64,000 nucleotides of DNA from Nitrospinales bacterium (GTDB lineage Bacteria; Nitrospinota; Nitrospinia; Nitrospinales; VA-1), in contig CBDCWG010000012.1 of assembly GCA_965223345.1 (NCBI GenBank), positions 2,784,001 through 2,848,000 on the forward strand, given 5' to 3'. Made by a program: the position numbers and the translations under genes. Shown here one piece after another: positions 1 to 8,891 of this stretch; positions within the stretch are counted from its first letter, which is position 1, and each line of letters starts with the position of its first letter. The notes beneath the pieces were generated by a model that saw only the letters and a list, made by a program, of their open reading frames with translations, did not search any database and was not told the DNA's origin.

Positions 1-41
1 AACATCCTCAAATTCATTGAAACGAATTCCAAACAGGGGGC

Positions 42-479
42 GTGATGAAATTTTTGTGCATTCCTTGCGATGAGCAGATGGAAACCCAGACCGACGGCAT
101 CATGCCGGACGAGTCGAAAAACCTGGCCATGAAGTTCAAGTGCAAAAAGTGCGGCCACATGATCGCCATGCTGACGAACAAGTTCGAGACGGAATTTGTG
201 AGCAAGCTGGGCGTGGAGATGGGCGGGACTTCCGCCGAGGGCAAGGCGCCGCTCAGTGTGGTCGGGACGCAGCTCGCTCAGGCCAAGCAGGAACTGAACA
301 AGGGCAACCCGGAAGACAACCTGATCTGGACGGAAGAGGCGCAGCAGCGCATCAAGAAGGTGCCGTTCTTCGTGCGCAACATGGCCAAGAAAACCGTGAT
401 CAACTTCGCGCTGGAAAAAGGCGTCACCACCATCGACGCCAAGCTGATGGACGAGGTGCGCGAAAAGGTCGGCATGTAG
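42..479 (+). CDS. PCP_red (protochlorophyllide-reductase C-terminal-like) domain protein with N-terminal CxxC...CxxC
   Basis: N-term CIPC...CKKC; C-term WTEEAQQRIKKVPFFVRNMAKKTV..FA.EKG...I matches the PCP_red pattern. Start is GTG42 or ATG45. Confidence 0.75.
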   Translation: MMKFLCIPCDEQMETQTDGIMPDESKNLAMKFKCKKCGHMIAMLTNKFETEFVSKLGVEMGGTSAEGKAPLSVVGTQLAQAKQELNKGNPEDNLIWTEEAQQRIKKVPFFVRNMAKKTVINFALEKGVTTIDAKLMDEVREKVGM

Positions 480-523
480 TCAGGCCCCGCCTGCGGGGAG
501 TTGCGCTGAATGAACCACACTCA

Positions 524-886
524 ATGACGAAACAGATTGCTGGAAGAACTCACAACCCGAAGCTGTTCTGGCAGCAGGTCGGGGTTTTGTGGGGGTCCGT
601 ATTTTTCTGCCTGTTTTTTTTCAACTGGATCCCGTGGGTTTTTGAAAATTATTTTCAGCCCTACGATTCTTCCCTGATCTTTGTCTTACAATCTTTTTCG
701 ATCTTTCTGTTCTTTGCGATCACCGGAATCTACGGATTGATCCAGGGTTACTGCGCTTGCGGCCCCAAAGGATACATCTGTGAGGGCCGCAAAGCGGTTT
801 TCTGGAATTCAGTTTGTGTCGGGTTTTATTTCCTGATGACGGGGCTGGTGTTTCTCTTTTTTCACACGGTGGCCCCGAAAGCCTAG
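524..886 (+). CDS. Small membrane protein (~3 TM), hypothetical
   Basis: ATG524 in frame within ORF 140..886; three Phe-rich hydrophobic segments; YCAC..C loop. Confidence 0.55.
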   Translation: MTKQIAGRTHNPKLFWQQVGVLWGSVFFCLFFFNWIPWVFENYFQPYDSSLIFVLQSFSIFLFFAITGIYGLIQGYCACGPKGYICEGRKAVFWNSVCVGFYFLMTGLVFLFFHTVAPKA

Positions 887-912
887 CGATCGAAATCAAC
901 CCCGCGCTGTCG

Positions 913-1317
913 TCAGCAACCGTGCCGCCACCTGCGGTAATGGCGATGCCTCCAATGGCGGTGTCCCCAGTAGTAGCTCGGACCCCAGGAATAACTGGGC
1001 CAGTAGTCGTAGTTCGTGTAATACGAACGGCTGCGGACGGCCTTGCAGGAGCTGAACCCGTCGTCCCAGCCGTGCTTGTACAGATCGTCCACGCCGTAGC
1101 GGCCGCGGTCTTTCTGAAATGTATAGTTGCTGTAGCCGGCGGACACGTAACCGCTGTCGCAGCCCTCTTTGTATCCCAGCCGGTAGCCCACGGGCTGATG
1201 CGCCCCCACCGCCCGGTCCACGTCTTCGATGGAGGTGGTGCGCGGTCCGCCGTAGTCGTACGTCGCACAGCCCGTGAACAGCATCCCGCAAAAAACAGCG
1301 ATTGAGATTCGTTTCAT
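913..1317 (-). CDS. Small lipoprotein, hypothetical
   Basis: Lipobox MKRISIAVFCGMLFTG-C; YxxGYxxGC / YxxGWxDGFxxC repeats; His/Arg/Trp-rich tail. Confidence 0.7.
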   Translation of the reverse strand: MKRISIAVFCGMLFTGCATYDYGGPRTTSIEDVDRAVGAHQPVGYRLGYKEGCDSGYVSAGYSNYTFQKDRGRYGVDDLYKHGWDDGFSSCKAVRSRSYYTNYDYWPSYSWGPSYYWGHRHWRHRHYRRWRHGC

Positions 1318-1629
1318 GTCGCCCCTGCACTTTCCGGGCTTCGCCCTGTTGAGTCCGTGTCCCCAGCCCAACGGCATTGTATCCGAATATTAAAACTTAT
1401 CGCTAAATCGCGGATTCGTCAACGGCCCATTCTGGCGCGAAAAAACGCTTCAAATCCAGGCATTTCCGCCGCCTGCGCCGGAGATGATTTTGATTGCGGG
1501 TATTGTTTTCAAACAAATTTTGCCTGCCCGTGGTTTTGAGAGTACATTGAGGCGATCAACCGCACGCACTTCTTCTCGCCCTGAAAGCGCGGGAGGATTC
1601 GCGAAGGGGCTTGAACCCGAGGAGACCGT

Positions 1630-2151
1630 ATGCTGAAAAAAATCCTGACCGCTTTGTTTGCGCTCATCGCCATCGTTGTGGTCGTCGGTGTGTTTTTACC
1701 CAAGGACTATGTGATCAGCCGCGCCACCGTCATCGACGCCAAACCGGAAAAAATACACACCTATGTGGGGGATCTGAAAAAATGGGACGCCTGGGAACCC
1801 TGGCGCGAAGGCGACCCCACGCTGGTGATCACGCTGGGCGACAAGACCACAGGCGTCGGCGCCAGTCAGTCCTGGGATGGTAAAAGCGGCGACGGCCGCC
1901 TGGTGTTCACCGAAACCTCGCCGCAGACCGGAGTGAAATACGACCTGTTTTTCCGGCAGGACCAGGAAAAATGCAAGAGCACCATCCTGTACACGCCGAT
2001 GGAATCCAAAACCAATGTCACCTGGACGATGGAAGGCTCCATGGACGTCCCGGTGCTGGGCGGCTGGATGGTGCTCATGCTCGAAGGCATGGTCGCGCCG
2101 ATGTTCGAAAACGGCCTCGCAAAACTGAAGCGGGCCGTCGAGGCGGCGTGA
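1630..2151 (+). CDS. SRPBCC (polyketide cyclase/START-like) family protein with N-terminal anchor
   Basis: LPKDYVISRATVIDAKPE, WDAWEPW, GVGASQSW, VTWTM, FENGLAKLK; SD aggag. Confidence 0.85.
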   Translation: MLKKILTALFALIAIVVVVGVFLPKDYVISRATVIDAKPEKIHTYVGDLKKWDAWEPWREGDPTLVITLGDKTTGVGASQSWDGKSGDGRLVFTETSPQTGVKYDLFFRQDQEKCKSTILYTPMESKTNVTWTMEGSMDVPVLGGWMVLMLEGMVAPMFENGLAKLKRAVEAA

Positions 2152-2155
2152 CGCG

Positions 2156-2554
2156 GTGACTGCGGAAGCAAAAGGGAAAATCATCGGCAGCGCCCCGGTC
2201 CTGCTGGTGGCGGACGTGACGGCGTCGGCGAATTACTACCGGGACAAGCTCGGCTTCCGCTACGAACGGTTCTGGGGCGAGCCGCCCTGCTTCTGCATGC
2301 CGGTGCGCGACGGGCACGTGGTGATGCTGAGCCAGGTGGAGGACGCCAGACACATCGTGCCGCATTACAAAGTGGTTGAGAAGATGTGGAACGTGTATTT
2401 CTGGGTGGACGACGTCGAAGCGGTGTACCGCGACGTGAAGCAGCGCGGCGCCACGATCGATTACGACATCTGCACCCAGCCTTACGGCGTCAAGGAATTC
2501 GGCGTTCAGGATCTCGACGGCTACGACCTCGCGTTCGGCCAGGATATGGATTGA
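2156..2554 (+). CDS. VOC/glyoxalase/bleomycin-resistance family protein
   Basis: PVLLVADV..SANYYRDKLGF, VYFWVDDVEA, QPYGVKEFGVQDLDGYDLAFG. Confidence 0.9.
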   Translation: MTAEAKGKIIGSAPVLLVADVTASANYYRDKLGFRYERFWGEPPCFCMPVRDGHVVMLSQVEDARHIVPHYKVVEKMWNVYFWVDDVEAVYRDVKQRGATIDYDICTQPYGVKEFGVQDLDGYDLAFGQDMD

Positions 2555-2597
2555 CGCCCTCCCCGCAACTTATCCGCTTTGCAGCACGCCTCTCCTT

Positions 2598-3404
2598 CTA
2601 TCCCCGGTTGCGCCAGAACTTCAACTCGGGCAGGGACCGTTGATCGGAGTTGTTTCCGGTTTTGTCCAGCGCCTGGCTGTTCCAGTTTTCGATCGCCTTG
2701 TCGATGATGCCCTGATAGGGAGTGGCGGCAGGCGAACCCAGCGCCGCGTTTTTTTCAACGCGGTTGTCCGCCCCGTAGGACCACAGAAACGCGCCCAGCT
2801 GGTGCTTGTAGCAACGCGACGTTTCATCCAGGCATACCGGAACATCGATGACGTTCGCCGCCCGCTTGTAGTCCCCACTCGGAGAAAGGCACAACACCGC
2901 GGGTTCGGAGCGGTCGCCGCCCGAACGGCCGGTGAAGACACGGGCGGTTTCCTGATCGAACACACCGCAGGTGCGTCGTTGCTCTTCCGTGTACTTGGGA
3001 AAGCTGAGTGCCGAGTCTTCCTCGGCGCCGATGTATCCCCAGGTGGACGCCTGATTCAGTTTCGTGCCCGACTGATCGACGGCCCAGCCGCCCGACGTCT
3101 CCCGCTGTTTCATCTGCAACGGCGTGGCATCGCCTTCCCTGCCTGTTTCCGGGTCGAGATCCTGAAGGATCTGAATGAATCCGATCCGGTCGCAGTCGCA
3201 TTGAATGGCGCAGCCGGGTGTGTCGGGATCGAAACTGACCCGGCCTATGAAACGATCTTCTGTGGGATGCAGGTTGGAACTGAGTTTGAAATTGGAACAG
3301 TCCGGTTCGCGCACGGTGTGCACTGTTTCGGTGCAGGCGGTGATCAAGGGTATCAGCAGCAACGCCAGGGCGAAGCGGATGGGTTTGCGTGCGATTGCGT
3401 TCAT
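2598..3404 (-). CDS. Cys-rich lipoprotein, hypothetical
   Basis: Lipobox LITA-C; several further Cys; SD ggagg upstream. Confidence 0.7.
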   Translation of the reverse strand: MNAIARKPIRFALALLLIPLITACTETVHTVREPDCSNFKLSSNLHPTEDRFIGRVSFDPDTPGCAIQCDCDRIGFIQILQDLDPETGREGDATPLQMKQRETSGGWAVDQSGTKLNQASTWGYIGAEEDSALSFPKYTEEQRRTCGVFDQETARVFTGRSGGDRSEPAVLCLSPSGDYKRAANVIDVPVCLDETSRCYKHQLGAFLWSYGADNRVEKNAALGSPAATPYQGIIDKAIENWNSQALDKTGNNSDQRSLPELKFWRNRG

Positions 3405-3851
3405 GAGTCCTCCGGTTCAGGGACCCGCTGCAAACGGGTCCCATTCTGAATTTGCTTTTTATAGGATGCCTGAAAAATACAGTGCAATATACAGGCCATC
3501 GGATTTGAGAGTGTTCCGGAATTTTTTTTTGCCGGCTCTGCCTGGAAGTTTTGCCGCCGGTTCCGCCTTTCGACGATAAGTGGATGCGAGGTGATATTTC
3601 GCTGCTTTCAAGTTTAAGCAGTTACTTAACAATCCGCTTCGTTCTCCGCTCCCGGAACGCAATGCCTGCCATGCCGTGATTCATCCGTTTATCGCCTGCC
3701 TGCAGCGGATAAAAATTTCTCTCCAGGGAACCCGTCCCCGGTGATCCACACCCGGCTCAAATCCCCCGATCATGGTGGTTTTCCCCCGGCACGGATGGTT
3801 TTATTTCTGTCATCTCCATTCGTTTCGATTGATTTGTATTCACTTAGCGTT

Positions 3852-3867
3852 TGGCACAAAGCATGCA
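3852..3867 (+). promoter_or_regulatory. Sigma54 (-24/-12) promoter upstream of the entericidin gene
   Basis: TGGCACAAAGCATGCA fits TGGCAC-N5-TTGCW with exact GG/GC spacing, ~55 nt before ATG3921. Confidence 0.6.
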
Positions 3868-3920
3868 ACTTATTTTATGCAAAGAAATTATTTCCGGCAA
3901 CGAAACACAGGAGAAAGCAC

Positions 3921-4064
3921 ATGAACAAGAAATTCGCACTCTATTGCTTCATCGCCATGTTTTTTCTGGGCACGGTCGCTGCGTGCAATACCACCCGTGG
4001 TGTGGGAGAAGATCTGGAAGCGGTGGGTGAAACCATAGCGGAAGAAGCGGAAGAGCATAAGTAA
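3921..4064 (+). CDS. Entericidin EcnA/B family lipoprotein
   Basis: Signal peptide followed by AA-CNTTRGVGEDLE.VGE.I, the entericidin signature; SD aggag. Confidence 0.85.
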   Translation: MNKKFALYCFIAMFFLGTVAACNTTRGVGEDLEAVGETIAEEAEEHK

Positions 4065-4123
4065 TAAGACAGGTGGCTTTTTCCTGGCTAACGGTAAGGG
4101 TTCGTCGGGATCAAGTCTGCCGG

Positions 4124-4150
4124 CGGGGCGTTCGCGCCCCGTTTTTTTTT
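4124..4150 (+). terminator. Rho-independent terminator
   Basis: cggggcg-TTCG-cgccccg followed by 9 T. Confidence 0.85.
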
Positions 4151-4292
4151 GCCCGCCTCTCCCCCTTCCCGCCCGGACTCACATCAACCCCTTGATTTGT
4201 CAGAGTCAAACCATCGCGAGCGAACCGCTGCCTTTCCTGATACAATTGTGTTTCTTACGAAACGTTCACTGTGAGGGTATGGAGATGCGGCG

Positions 4293-4907
4293 ATGCGAAC
4301 TCTTTGCGGGATTCTATTCGGTCTTTCGGTGTTGTTGAACGCAGGTTGTGGCGGAGAGGAAAAGCCGGCGCAAAAGGCCAAAGCGCCTGCGCCCGCGGCG
4401 GCGGCAAAGAAACCGGCCGACAGCGGGAAAACGGCCGAAACGACAGTGGCGCAAGCGCCGGTGGACGATGCGGCCCAAATGCCCTGTTCGCTGTTCAAGG
4501 TCGAGGAATTGCAGCAGGTGCTGGGTACGCCCGTTCAGGCAGGCCGCCACAAATCCGAAAACATTACCGAGAGCGGTTACGACTGGAAAGCGGAAAGCTG
4601 TTTCTGGGCACAAAAGAGCGACGCGGAGACCGGCCTCACCGTCAAGGTGAGCCTGGGCAAGCATTTTTTCGGCAAGGAAGTCGAATGCTACGAATTGACC
4701 GGCGATCCTAAAGAACTCAAAGTCAACGCAAGCCCCGCCTGGTGGAAATTTTTCAACAGCGTCGGCCGCGGCACGCTGCGGGCCTGCGACACCGCCACGG
4801 CGCTGGTGCACGTGCAGCTCGATCAGGAAGGCGGCGAAGAGAGCGCCCTCGAGTCGAAGGCCGTGGACATCGTGAAAAAAACCCTCGAACGCGTGAAGAA
4901 GGGATGA
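4293..4907 (+). CDS. Lipoprotein, hypothetical, with Ala/Pro/Lys linker and paired Cys
   Basis: Lipobox LNAG-C; flexible linker, then PCSLF..EELQQVLG. Confidence 0.7.
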   Translation: MRTLCGILFGLSVLLNAGCGGEEKPAQKAKAPAPAAAAKKPADSGKTAETTVAQAPVDDAAQMPCSLFKVEELQQVLGTPVQAGRHKSENITESGYDWKAESCFWAQKSDAETGLTVKVSLGKHFFGKEVECYELTGDPKELKVNASPAWWKFFNSVGRGTLRACDTATALVHVQLDQEGGEESALESKAVDIVKKTLERVKKG

Positions 4908-5306
4908 GCCCGTCCGGGCGATTCCCCTACACTCCCCCATTGAAAACCCCGGCCGGTAGCGGGCCCCTCCGAAAAGCCCGCATCGTGTAACGCTTGTTCG
5001 CGGATTGCGGGCGTCACGCTCTCCCCTGCTTCCCGGTTATTTTCTTTTCTCAGGCAAATGGCTTATCCGAATATTTTTTTTGCATACCGAAAATAGTCCG
5101 GTTGTGCTATATATTTTTACGTATGTTTTTGATATATTTACGCCCTATTTAGAATGATCGTTCTTCCGTAGTGAGGATGCGACGGTCGCACTCTTTCCCA
5201 TCGTCGAGCGGTTTCCGTTCCTGCTATTTCCAGGATCCAAACAGTCACAAGTGGCTTGCCAGAGCCGCCGTACAGCCTCTTTCCCTAAACTCGGGGGGAA
5301 AATCTG

Positions 5307-5570
5307 GTGTCGAACAACGCCAAAGATTCGATCAAACCGAAAAACGCCGACCTCACCCCCTGCCCCGAACTGGACCGGCGCATGCAAGGGGCGGGGCTCA
5401 CCGGCCGGGAACGGGAGATCTGTGTGCAGATTCGCAACGGTTTCAGCAATCAGGAAATCGCCACGCGACTGGGGATCAGCCCGCATACCGTGAAGAATCA
5501 TATCAGAAACATCCATCAAAAACTGGGGGTTCAGACCCGCGCCAAACTGGTGGCTCTGCTGAATCAATAG
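5307..5570 (+). CDS. Stand-alone LuxR/GerE-type HTH regulator
   Basis: LTGREREIC...GFSNQEIATRLGISPHTVKNHIRNIHQKLGVQTR. Confidence 0.9.
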   Translation: MSNNAKDSIKPKNADLTPCPELDRRMQGAGLTGREREICVQIRNGFSNQEIATRLGISPHTVKNHIRNIHQKLGVQTRAKLVALLNQ

Positions 5571-5751
5571 AAAAGTTGCGGGTGAAACCTGGAGTTTTGC
5601 TTAATAAAGCCGATGGGAAGGGGACTTGAATTTTTTTCGGAGGGAAACGCTTGATTCCTTGCAATTTAAAAAAATGATCCGAGCGTGCTATTTATTTCCT
5701 AATAATGTTTTGGTACATTCGCGCTCCTGACTGCCACGGAGGAGGCAAACT

Positions 5752-5865
5752 GTGAGACATTCCAGCCTAGAGATGTATCCGGAGAACAAGCTTGCGAAAG
5801 GGATGCTTTGGGGATTCCTGCTGGAGGCTCCTTTTTTTCTGGCCCTTCTCTACTACTTCTGGTGA
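5752..5865 (+). CDS. 37-aa single-TM small protein (absent from ORF track)
   Basis: GGAGGAGG (5738-5745) 6 nt before GTG5752; MRHSSLEMYPENKLAKGMLWGFLLEAPFFLALLYYFW*. Confidence 0.55.
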   Translation: MRHSSLEMYPENKLAKGMLWGFLLEAPFFLALLYYFW

Positions 5866-5987
5866 TGCGGCTTATGCGCGTCGCGCCCGTTCGGGCCTGA
5901 CCGTTTCAAGCGGCGATCTTCACCATCGAAAGCCTTCCACGATCTATCCAACCGCGCTATTCCTGACCGGCGTTTATCACACCTCAC

Positions 5988-6371
5988 TCAGGTTTTCTTG
6001 AACTCGCCCATGCGGGCTTGCAGCTTTTTCACCCGCTCTTCCAGATTCTGAATTTTTTCCTGCTGCAATTCGATGATGGTGTCCTTGGCCTGCAGCATTT
6101 CATCGCGCCAGTTCGCCGCGGGATCGCCACTCTCAGTATCCCCAACCCGTTTCGGAACCGAATAGGGAACCGCTTTGCCGGTCAGCAGCCAGGTTTCGGA
6201 TACATCGAGGGCCTGGGCCAGCTTCAACAGGGACGCGAGGCTGGGAGTGGTCTTGCCGTTTTCCCAGTCGCTGATGTCCGGCGGATGACAGCCGACCCGG
6301 GCGGCCAGCTCTTTCGCCTTCAGCCCCAATTCCTTCCTTCTCGATACGATTCTCGATCCTATTGTGTTCAC
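5988..6371 (-). CDS. XRE/Cro-C1 family HTH repressor with C-terminal coiled coil
   Basis: IGSRIVSRRKELGLKAKELAARVG....ISDWENGKTTP....LLKLAQALDVSETWLLTG. Confidence 0.9.
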   Translation of the reverse strand: MNTIGSRIVSRRKELGLKAKELAARVGCHPPDISDWENGKTTPSLASLLKLAQALDVSETWLLTGKAVPYSVPKRVGDTESGDPAANWRDEMLQAKDTIIELQQEKIQNLEERVKKLQARMGEFKKT

Positions 6372-6655
6372 GTAATTTAGGAAAAATAATGTTGAATTCG
6401 CTTGAGGAAAATTCGGCTAGTTGCTAATATTTGTTCAAGTGCAAATCTTCCGCTCTGCCGCAGCCCCTCTGACGGCCCAAAAGTAACTCTATATGTTTAA
6501 AGAGTTTATCATAGCGGTTCTCGCCTGTCAGCCCTGAACTTGTTAACCCAGAGGCTAAATTCCGCAATTACAGGCATTTCCCCAGAAACACCGTTTGCTG
6601 CACCCCGGGAAGGTTTCCCATTCAGGAGGGCACGACGCAACCTAGGAGGTGGAAC

Positions 6656-6904
6656 ATGAATGGGTACGGTCAGTACAAGGGTTTGGAGTCGTTATTGGGG
6701 CAACGGGTCACGCTGTTCTGCGCCAACTACATCTACACGGGGCAGTTGATGCGGGTGAGCCCGACCTGCGTGCTGCTCAAGGATCCGGCGATCGTCTACG
6801 AGACCGGTCCTTTCGATTCGAGCGAGTGGAAGGACGCGCAGCCCCTGCCGGGTTCGTGGTCCGTGCGTCTGCTCGCCATCGAATCGTTCGGGGTGCTCAA
6901 ATGA
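6656..6904 (+). CDS. Small hypothetical protein, probable Sm/LSm-like fold
   Basis: SD aggaggt; LESLLGQRVTLFCANYIYTGQLMRVSPTCVLLKDP is Sm1-like and WSVRLLAIESF is Sm2-like. Confidence 0.6.
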   Translation: MNGYGQYKGLESLLGQRVTLFCANYIYTGQLMRVSPTCVLLKDPAIVYETGPFDSSEWKDAQPLPGSWSVRLLAIESFGVLK

Positions 6905-7050
6905 TTATACGACGCAACCGCGGCAAAACGCGCACCATCTCGGCCTGCGGTTCTGGAAGGCGGTCCTGGTGCGTGAGCGGTGCGGGGCCGTGGATAATCC
7001 CAGGCTCGCTTTCGGGGGAGCCGGCCCGTTGGGGGTCCTGGATGGGATGA
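6901..7050 (+). CDS. 49-aa basic R/S/G/W-rich peptide coupled to the Sm-like gene
   Basis: ATGA start/stop overlap at 6901-6904; ends 1 nt before the convergent DUF971 stop. Confidence 0.4.
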   Translation: MIIRRNRGKTRTISACGSGRRSWCVSGAGPWIIPGSLSGEPARWGSWMG

Positions 7051-7051
7051 G

Positions 7052-7384
7052 TCAGTTGGAGCGGTTGCCCTGGCACTCGGCGCACTGGCACAACTTCCGC
7101 AGCAGTTCGTGCGGATACAGCCCGGTGTCGTGGCCGTCGTTCCAGTAAAACTGAATCGCGTACAGCCCGACGGCCTTGAGGTTGACCGGCCGGATGCTGT
7201 CGGGCACCATGCCCGGCTTGAGGCGGCGCTCGCCCGTCCACTCGTCGATGCACTGGGCGCAGGGGCAGCTTTCCCTGAGGTACTTGACGGCGTAGACGGA
7301 CTCGTGTCCGTCGGTCCAGGTGATGCCGAGGGTGGTTTCGTCCACCTGGCGGATGTCTTTCGGAGAAGGTTTTTCAGCGTTCAC
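7052..7384 (-). CDS. DUF971 / gamma-butyrobetaine hydroxylase N-terminal-like protein
   Basis: ITWTDGHES.Y...YLRESCPCAQC, VGLYAIQFYWNDGHDTGLY. Confidence 0.9.
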   Translation of the reverse strand: MNAEKPSPKDIRQVDETTLGITWTDGHESVYAVKYLRESCPCAQCIDEWTGERRLKPGMVPDSIRPVNLKAVGLYAIQFYWNDGHDTGLYPHELLRKLCQCAECQGNRSN

Positions 7385-7402
7385 GCGGCGCGTCCCAGTG
7401 AA

Positions 7403-8500
7403 TTAACTTTTCCATGCCAGCTCGAAACTGGAATCGACTTTCTTTTCGGCGTTGGCCTGCTGGATGCTGATCTGCGCCGCCACCTGCCCCGCGAGGTCCC
7501 GGTAGGCCTTGCTCGCCGGGGAATCGGCGTTGCTCATCGTCACCGGAACGCCGCTGTCGCCGCCTTCCACCACTTCCGGAACCAGCGGAATGCCGCCGAG
7601 GAAGGGGATCTTGAACCGGTCCGCCAGCGCCTGTCCGCCGCCCTGCTTGAAGATGGTGTGCTTCTTGTCGCAGCCGTCGCAGACGAAATAGCTCATGTTC
7701 TCGACGATGCCCAGAAGCGGCACTTTCACCTGCTGGAACATCTTCACGCCTTTGTCCGCATCGATGAGGCTGACCTCCTGCGGCGTTGTCACCACCACCG
7801 CGCCCGACAAAGGCGCCCGCTGCGTCAGGGTGAGCTGCACGTCGCCGGTGCCGGGAGGCAGGTCGATGACGAGGTAATCGAGATCGCCCCACTCCACGTT
7901 CTGCAGAAACTGCTGGATGATGCCGCCCAGCATGGGGCCGCGCAGCATGAGCGGCTGTCCCTGCTTGGTGAGAAAGGCGGCGGAGACCACCTTCATGCCG
8001 TATTGTTCATGCGGGAAAAACTTGTTGTCCTCGCCCGCCTTCGGGGGGGTGATGGGAATACCCAGCATCTGCGGGATGCTGGGGCCGTAAACGTCCGCAT
8101 CCATTAGGCCGACGCTGGCGCCGGTCTGTTTCAGCGCGATGGCGAGGTTGGTGCTGACGGTGGATTTGCCCACACCGCCCTTGCCGCTGGCGACGGCGAT
8201 GATGTTCTTGACGCCGGTCAGGATGGGCTGGCTGTGCTGGGACGAGCGCACCACGGCGGTCATGTTCACGTCCACCTCGGTCACGCCCTCGATGGCGCGG
8301 GTCTTGGTCTCACATTCGGTTTTCAACTCGTCTTTTACCGGACAGGCGGGGGTGGTCAGTTCCACATCGTAGCGGACGCTGCCGTTTTCCACCTTCATAT
8401 TTTTTACAAACCCCAGACTCACGATGTCGCGATTGAGATCGGGGTCCTTGACGGTCTTCAAAGCTGCGATCACTTTTTCCTGCAATGCTTGGTCGGACAT
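7403..8500 (-). CDS. mrp: Mrp/ApbC/NBP35 Fe-S cluster carrier ATPase with N-terminal DUF59
   Basis: DPDLNRDIVSLG, LTTPACP, VASGKGGVGKST, DADVYGPS, DLPPGTGD, ENMSYFVCDGC; start ATG8500 with SD ggag. Confidence 0.95.
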   Translation of the reverse strand: MSDQALQEKVIAALKTVKDPDLNRDIVSLGFVKNMKVENGSVRYDVELTTPACPVKDELKTECETKTRAIEGVTEVDVNMTAVVRSSQHSQPILTGVKNIIAVASGKGGVGKSTVSTNLAIALKQTGASVGLMDADVYGPSIPQMLGIPITPPKAGEDNKFFPHEQYGMKVVSAAFLTKQGQPLMLRGPMLGGIIQQFLQNVEWGDLDYLVIDLPPGTGDVQLTLTQRAPLSGAVVVTTPQEVSLIDADKGVKMFQQVKVPLLGIVENMSYFVCDGCDKKHTIFKQGGGQALADRFKIPFLGGIPLVPEVVEGGDSGVPVTMSNADSPASKAYRDLAGQVAAQISIQQANAEKKVDSSFELAWKS

Positions 8501-8844
8501 TGGGTCGCTCCCGTATAGAGGCTGCACCGGGTGTGAAACCCGGTGATTTTTTTGTGAGTTCGGAGGGCATGTCTCCCTCTTTCCCGTAAGATGGCCAAAC
8601 CTGCAAAAGGTTTTAAATAAAAAACAGCGCCGGGTCAACCGGGGAAAACCGCCCCAAACGAAACGCCGCGCGGACGCATCGGCGCCCGCAGGATGCATTT
8701 TGAGATCTGCTTTTGCCTCCCGGTCTGCAATAAATTTTCGTTTTTTTCATCCTTACAATGAGGGCAATGAGATCGAACCCTCTATGTTTAAAGGGCTGGC
8801 CGGCTGACACCGGAGCGGAAAAAAAGTTTTGCGCTTGCCAGAAA

Positions 8845-8891
8845 TGTCCATATATTGTATACATTTGACCAAATTCCACTATATGTGGGAT
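8845..8891. promoter_or_regulatory. Tandem NrdR-box-like sites overlapping a promoter-like element
   Basis: tgtCcAtATaTtGtat (8845-8860) and ccaCtAtATgTgGgat (8876-8891) fit acaCwAtATaTwGtgt and are offset by 31 bp; TTGCCA at 8835-8840. Confidence 0.6.

Noticed and set aside
5300..7050. Intact prophage or integrative element
   Set aside because: No integrase, att repeats, cro, replication or structural genes; kept only as a possible phage-derived module
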